A stretch of 15,354 bases of DNA from Myxococcota bacterium. Its GTDB lineage: Bacteria > Myxococcota_A > UBA9160 > UBA4427. The DNA lies in contig JAYZFK010000022.1 in the NCBI GenBank assembly GCA_036336835.1, positions 1 to 15,354 on the forward strand, given 5' to 3'. Position 1 is the stretch's first letter. Each line of letters starts with the position of its first letter. A model generated the notes under the pieces. The model was given only the letters and a program-made list of their open reading frames with translations, ran no database searches and had not been told where the DNA came from. Below, one piece after another: positions 13,679 through 15,354 of this stretch. The translations under genes were made by a program, and so were the position numbers.

Positions 13679-14812
13679 TTGGCGTTCGGGACGGATGTCG
13701 CCGTAATCGGCGGCGGCGTGAGCGGGCTAGCCTGCGCGGCGGAGCTCGCGCGGCGCGGTCGCTCGGTGGTCGTGCTCGAGCGCCACGGCGCGGTCGGCAG
13801 CGAGACCTCGTCGCGCAACAGCGAAGTCATCCACGCGGGAATCTACTATCCCGCCGATTCGCTGAAGGCGCGCGCCTGCGTCGAGGGGCGCGAGCTTCTC
13901 TACCAGCGTTGCGAGCGGTACGGAATCGGCCACGCCCGTCTGGGCAAGCTGATCGTCGCAACCTCGGACGACCAGCTGAACGAGCTCGGGCGCATCGCGC
14001 AGCGCGCCGTGGCCAACCGGGCCGGCGACATCGCCGAGCTCGATGCCGGGCAGGTCCGGCGCCTCGAGCCCCGCGTCCGCGCGATCGCCGCGGTCTGGTC
14101 GCCGAACACCGGGATCGTCGACGCCCACGCGCTGATGCGAAGCTACCAGGCGGAGCTGGAGTCGCAGGGTGGGACCGTCGTCACCCACACCCGCGTCGAG
14201 GCGATCAACGCGCGCAGCCACGGGTGGTCGATCCGCACACGCGGTGCCGACGACGCGCCGTTCGACCTCGACTGCGAGTCGATCGTCAATGCCGCCGGAC
14301 TCGAGGCGGACTCGATCGCCGCCATGGCGGGGCTCGATGTGGACGCACTGCGCTGGAGGATCCGCCTGTGCAAGGGCGACTACTTCGCCGTGGCGCCCGG
14401 GCTTGGAAGGCTCGCGACCCGCCTCGTCTACCCCGTCCCCAGCGGAGACGGCGGGCTGGGCGTACACCTGACGGTCGATCTCGGGGGACGCTTCAAGCTC
14501 GGGCCGGATGCGCACTACGTCGACGAAGTCGACTACCGCGTCGATCCGGCCAAGGCGGATGCCTTCGCCGCTGCGGCCGGCAGGTTCCTGCCCGAGATCG
14601 ACGCCGCGCATCTGACGCCCGAGATGGCGGGCGTCCGTCCCCGGCTGCAGGGTCCGGACGATTCGTTCCGCGATTTCGTGCTCGCGGAGTCGTCGCCCCG
14701 GAAAGCTGGCGCCATGGTGCATCTGATCGGGATCGAGTCGCCGGGTCTGACCGCGGCGGGCGCGCTGGCGCGCATGGCGGCGGACCTGTGCGAAGGCCGC
14801 AGCCTCGACTGA
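13679..14812 (+). CDS. L-2-hydroxyglutarate oxidase/dehydrogenase-like FAD-dependent oxidoreductase (LhgO family)
   Basis: IGGGVSG, ETSSRNSEVIHAGIYY, GKLIVA, TGIVDAH, NAAGL.AD, KGDYF, LVYPVP, LGVHLT.DL.G...LGPD, GVRP, GIESPGLT. TTG start with GGAGAGG. Confidence 0.92.
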   Translation: MAFGTDVAVIGGGVSGLACAAELARRGRSVVVLERHGAVGSETSSRNSEVIHAGIYYPADSLKARACVEGRELLYQRCERYGIGHARLGKLIVATSDDQLNELGRIAQRAVANRAGDIAELDAGQVRRLEPRVRAIAAVWSPNTGIVDAHALMRSYQAELESQGGTVVTHTRVEAINARSHGWSIRTRGADDAPFDLDCESIVNAAGLEADSIAAMAGLDVDALRWRIRLCKGDYFAVAPGLGRLATRLVYPVPSGDGGLGVHLTVDLGGRFKLGPDAHYVDEVDYRVDPAKADAFAAAAGRFLPEIDAAHLTPEMAGVRPRLQGPDDSFRDFVLAESSPRKAGAMVHLIGIESPGLTAAGALARMAADLCEGRSLD

Positions 14813-14815
14813 GCC

Positions 14816-14836
14816 TGGCGCGCCTGCGGCGCGTCA
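14816..14836. terminator. 9-bp GC-rich hairpin between convergent genes
   Basis: TGGCGCGCC-tgc-GGCGCGTCA (one G:U pair in the plus-strand RNA), followed by TTCA. Confidence 0.4.
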
Positions 14837-14851
14837 TTCACGCCGCGATCG

Positions 14852-15292
14852 TCAGGGCTGCCGACGGGCGCCGCCGGGGCCTCGCCGGCGCGCTGCGACG
14901 ATGTCGTTCCACTCGGCAATGCAGCTTGCTCCAGCGACCAGCACGATGCTGCCGAGGAAGACGCCGATGCCGGCCTGCGGGCTCAGATCCCAACCGGGGG
15001 CCGGGCCCTCGAGCGCCCGCGCGACGACCCAGGAGGATGCGAAGACGGCGTACCACACCGCGTACCAGACGATGGATTCCCAGTTCTGTGTGCTTCCGGT
15101 GCGCGCGCTCTGGATCAGCCAGATCATCGGCAGCCCACACAGGATGGCGCCCAGCCAGCCCTCAGCCGGGTGACGCACAGCCTCGTGCAGAAAGGCGGCA
15201 ACCAGGAAGGCGCCAATCAGCCCCGCCAGGTACCGGACCGGAGTCGAAAGAGTGTGGTTCCCGAACGGCTGCGCGAGCGAAGCGAAGGTCAT
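14852..15292 (-). CDS. Hypothetical membrane protein, about 4 TM helices
   Basis: Four hydrophobic stretches (YLAGLIGAFLVAAFL, WLGAILCGLPMIWLI, IVWYAVWYAVFASSWVV, GIGVFLGSIVLVAGA) and a basic C-terminal tail. No family recognised. Confidence 0.65.
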   Translation of the reverse strand: MTFASLAQPFGNHTLSTPVRYLAGLIGAFLVAAFLHEAVRHPAEGWLGAILCGLPMIWLIQSARTGSTQNWESIVWYAVWYAVFASSWVVARALEGPAPGWDLSPQAGIGVFLGSIVLVAGASCIAEWNDIVAARRRGPGGARRQP

Positions 15293-15295
15293 CTA

Positions 15296-15352
15296 TCACC
15301 AATCGGCGCGAGCGAGCCAATCCTTAGGCCAGTCCGTCGGCTCCTGCTGCTC
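15296..15352 (-). CDS. Possible 3' end of an upstream gene (…EQQEPTDWPKDWLARADW*) cut by the window edge
   Basis: Open frame from the window edge ending TGA TAG immediately before ATG 15292. Confidence 0.3.
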   Translation of the reverse strand, partial: EQQEPTDWPKDWLARADW

Positions 15353-15354
15353 AC

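Noticed and set aside
13207..15327. 706-aa Arg-rich plus-strand ORF
   Set aside because: Alternate frame over the LhgO-like gene and antisense to two others; low-complexity R/A/G/P composition.

Overview
GC-rich (roughly 70% by eye), densely coding bacterial window. An outer-membrane beta-barrel and a lipoprotein indicate a diderm organism, yet many catabolic enzymes look actinobacterial. This mix suggests Myxococcota/Binatota-like lineages (inference only). Left to right: (1) the 3' end of a Cys/Asp-rich tandem-repeat surface protein with an IPTL/PEP-CTERM-like tail; (2) a minus-strand operon of SDR > LLM-class (probably F420-dependent) oxidoreductase > 25-aa mini-ORF > nitroreductase > truncated SAM methyltransferase; (3) a divergent cytochrome P450; (4) an EchA12-like crotonase; (5) a ybbP-ybbA / tesA module with a lipoprotein-type TesA; (6) a GPH/MelB-type MFS transporter coupled to an SRPBCC protein; (7) a second SDR divergent from an EthD/Dabb-like hypothetical protein; (8) an OMP beta-barrel divergent from an LhgO-like FAD oxidoreductase; (9) a 4-TM hypothetical protein. 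No RNA genes, mobile elements or CRISPR arrays were seen. I cannot claim a clearly new system. The best leads are the decaying flavin/F420 redox operon, the sorted Cys-repeat protein, the EthD-like hypothetical protein and a palindromic, possibly bidirectional -10 element. Family calls come from motif recognition, not database searches.
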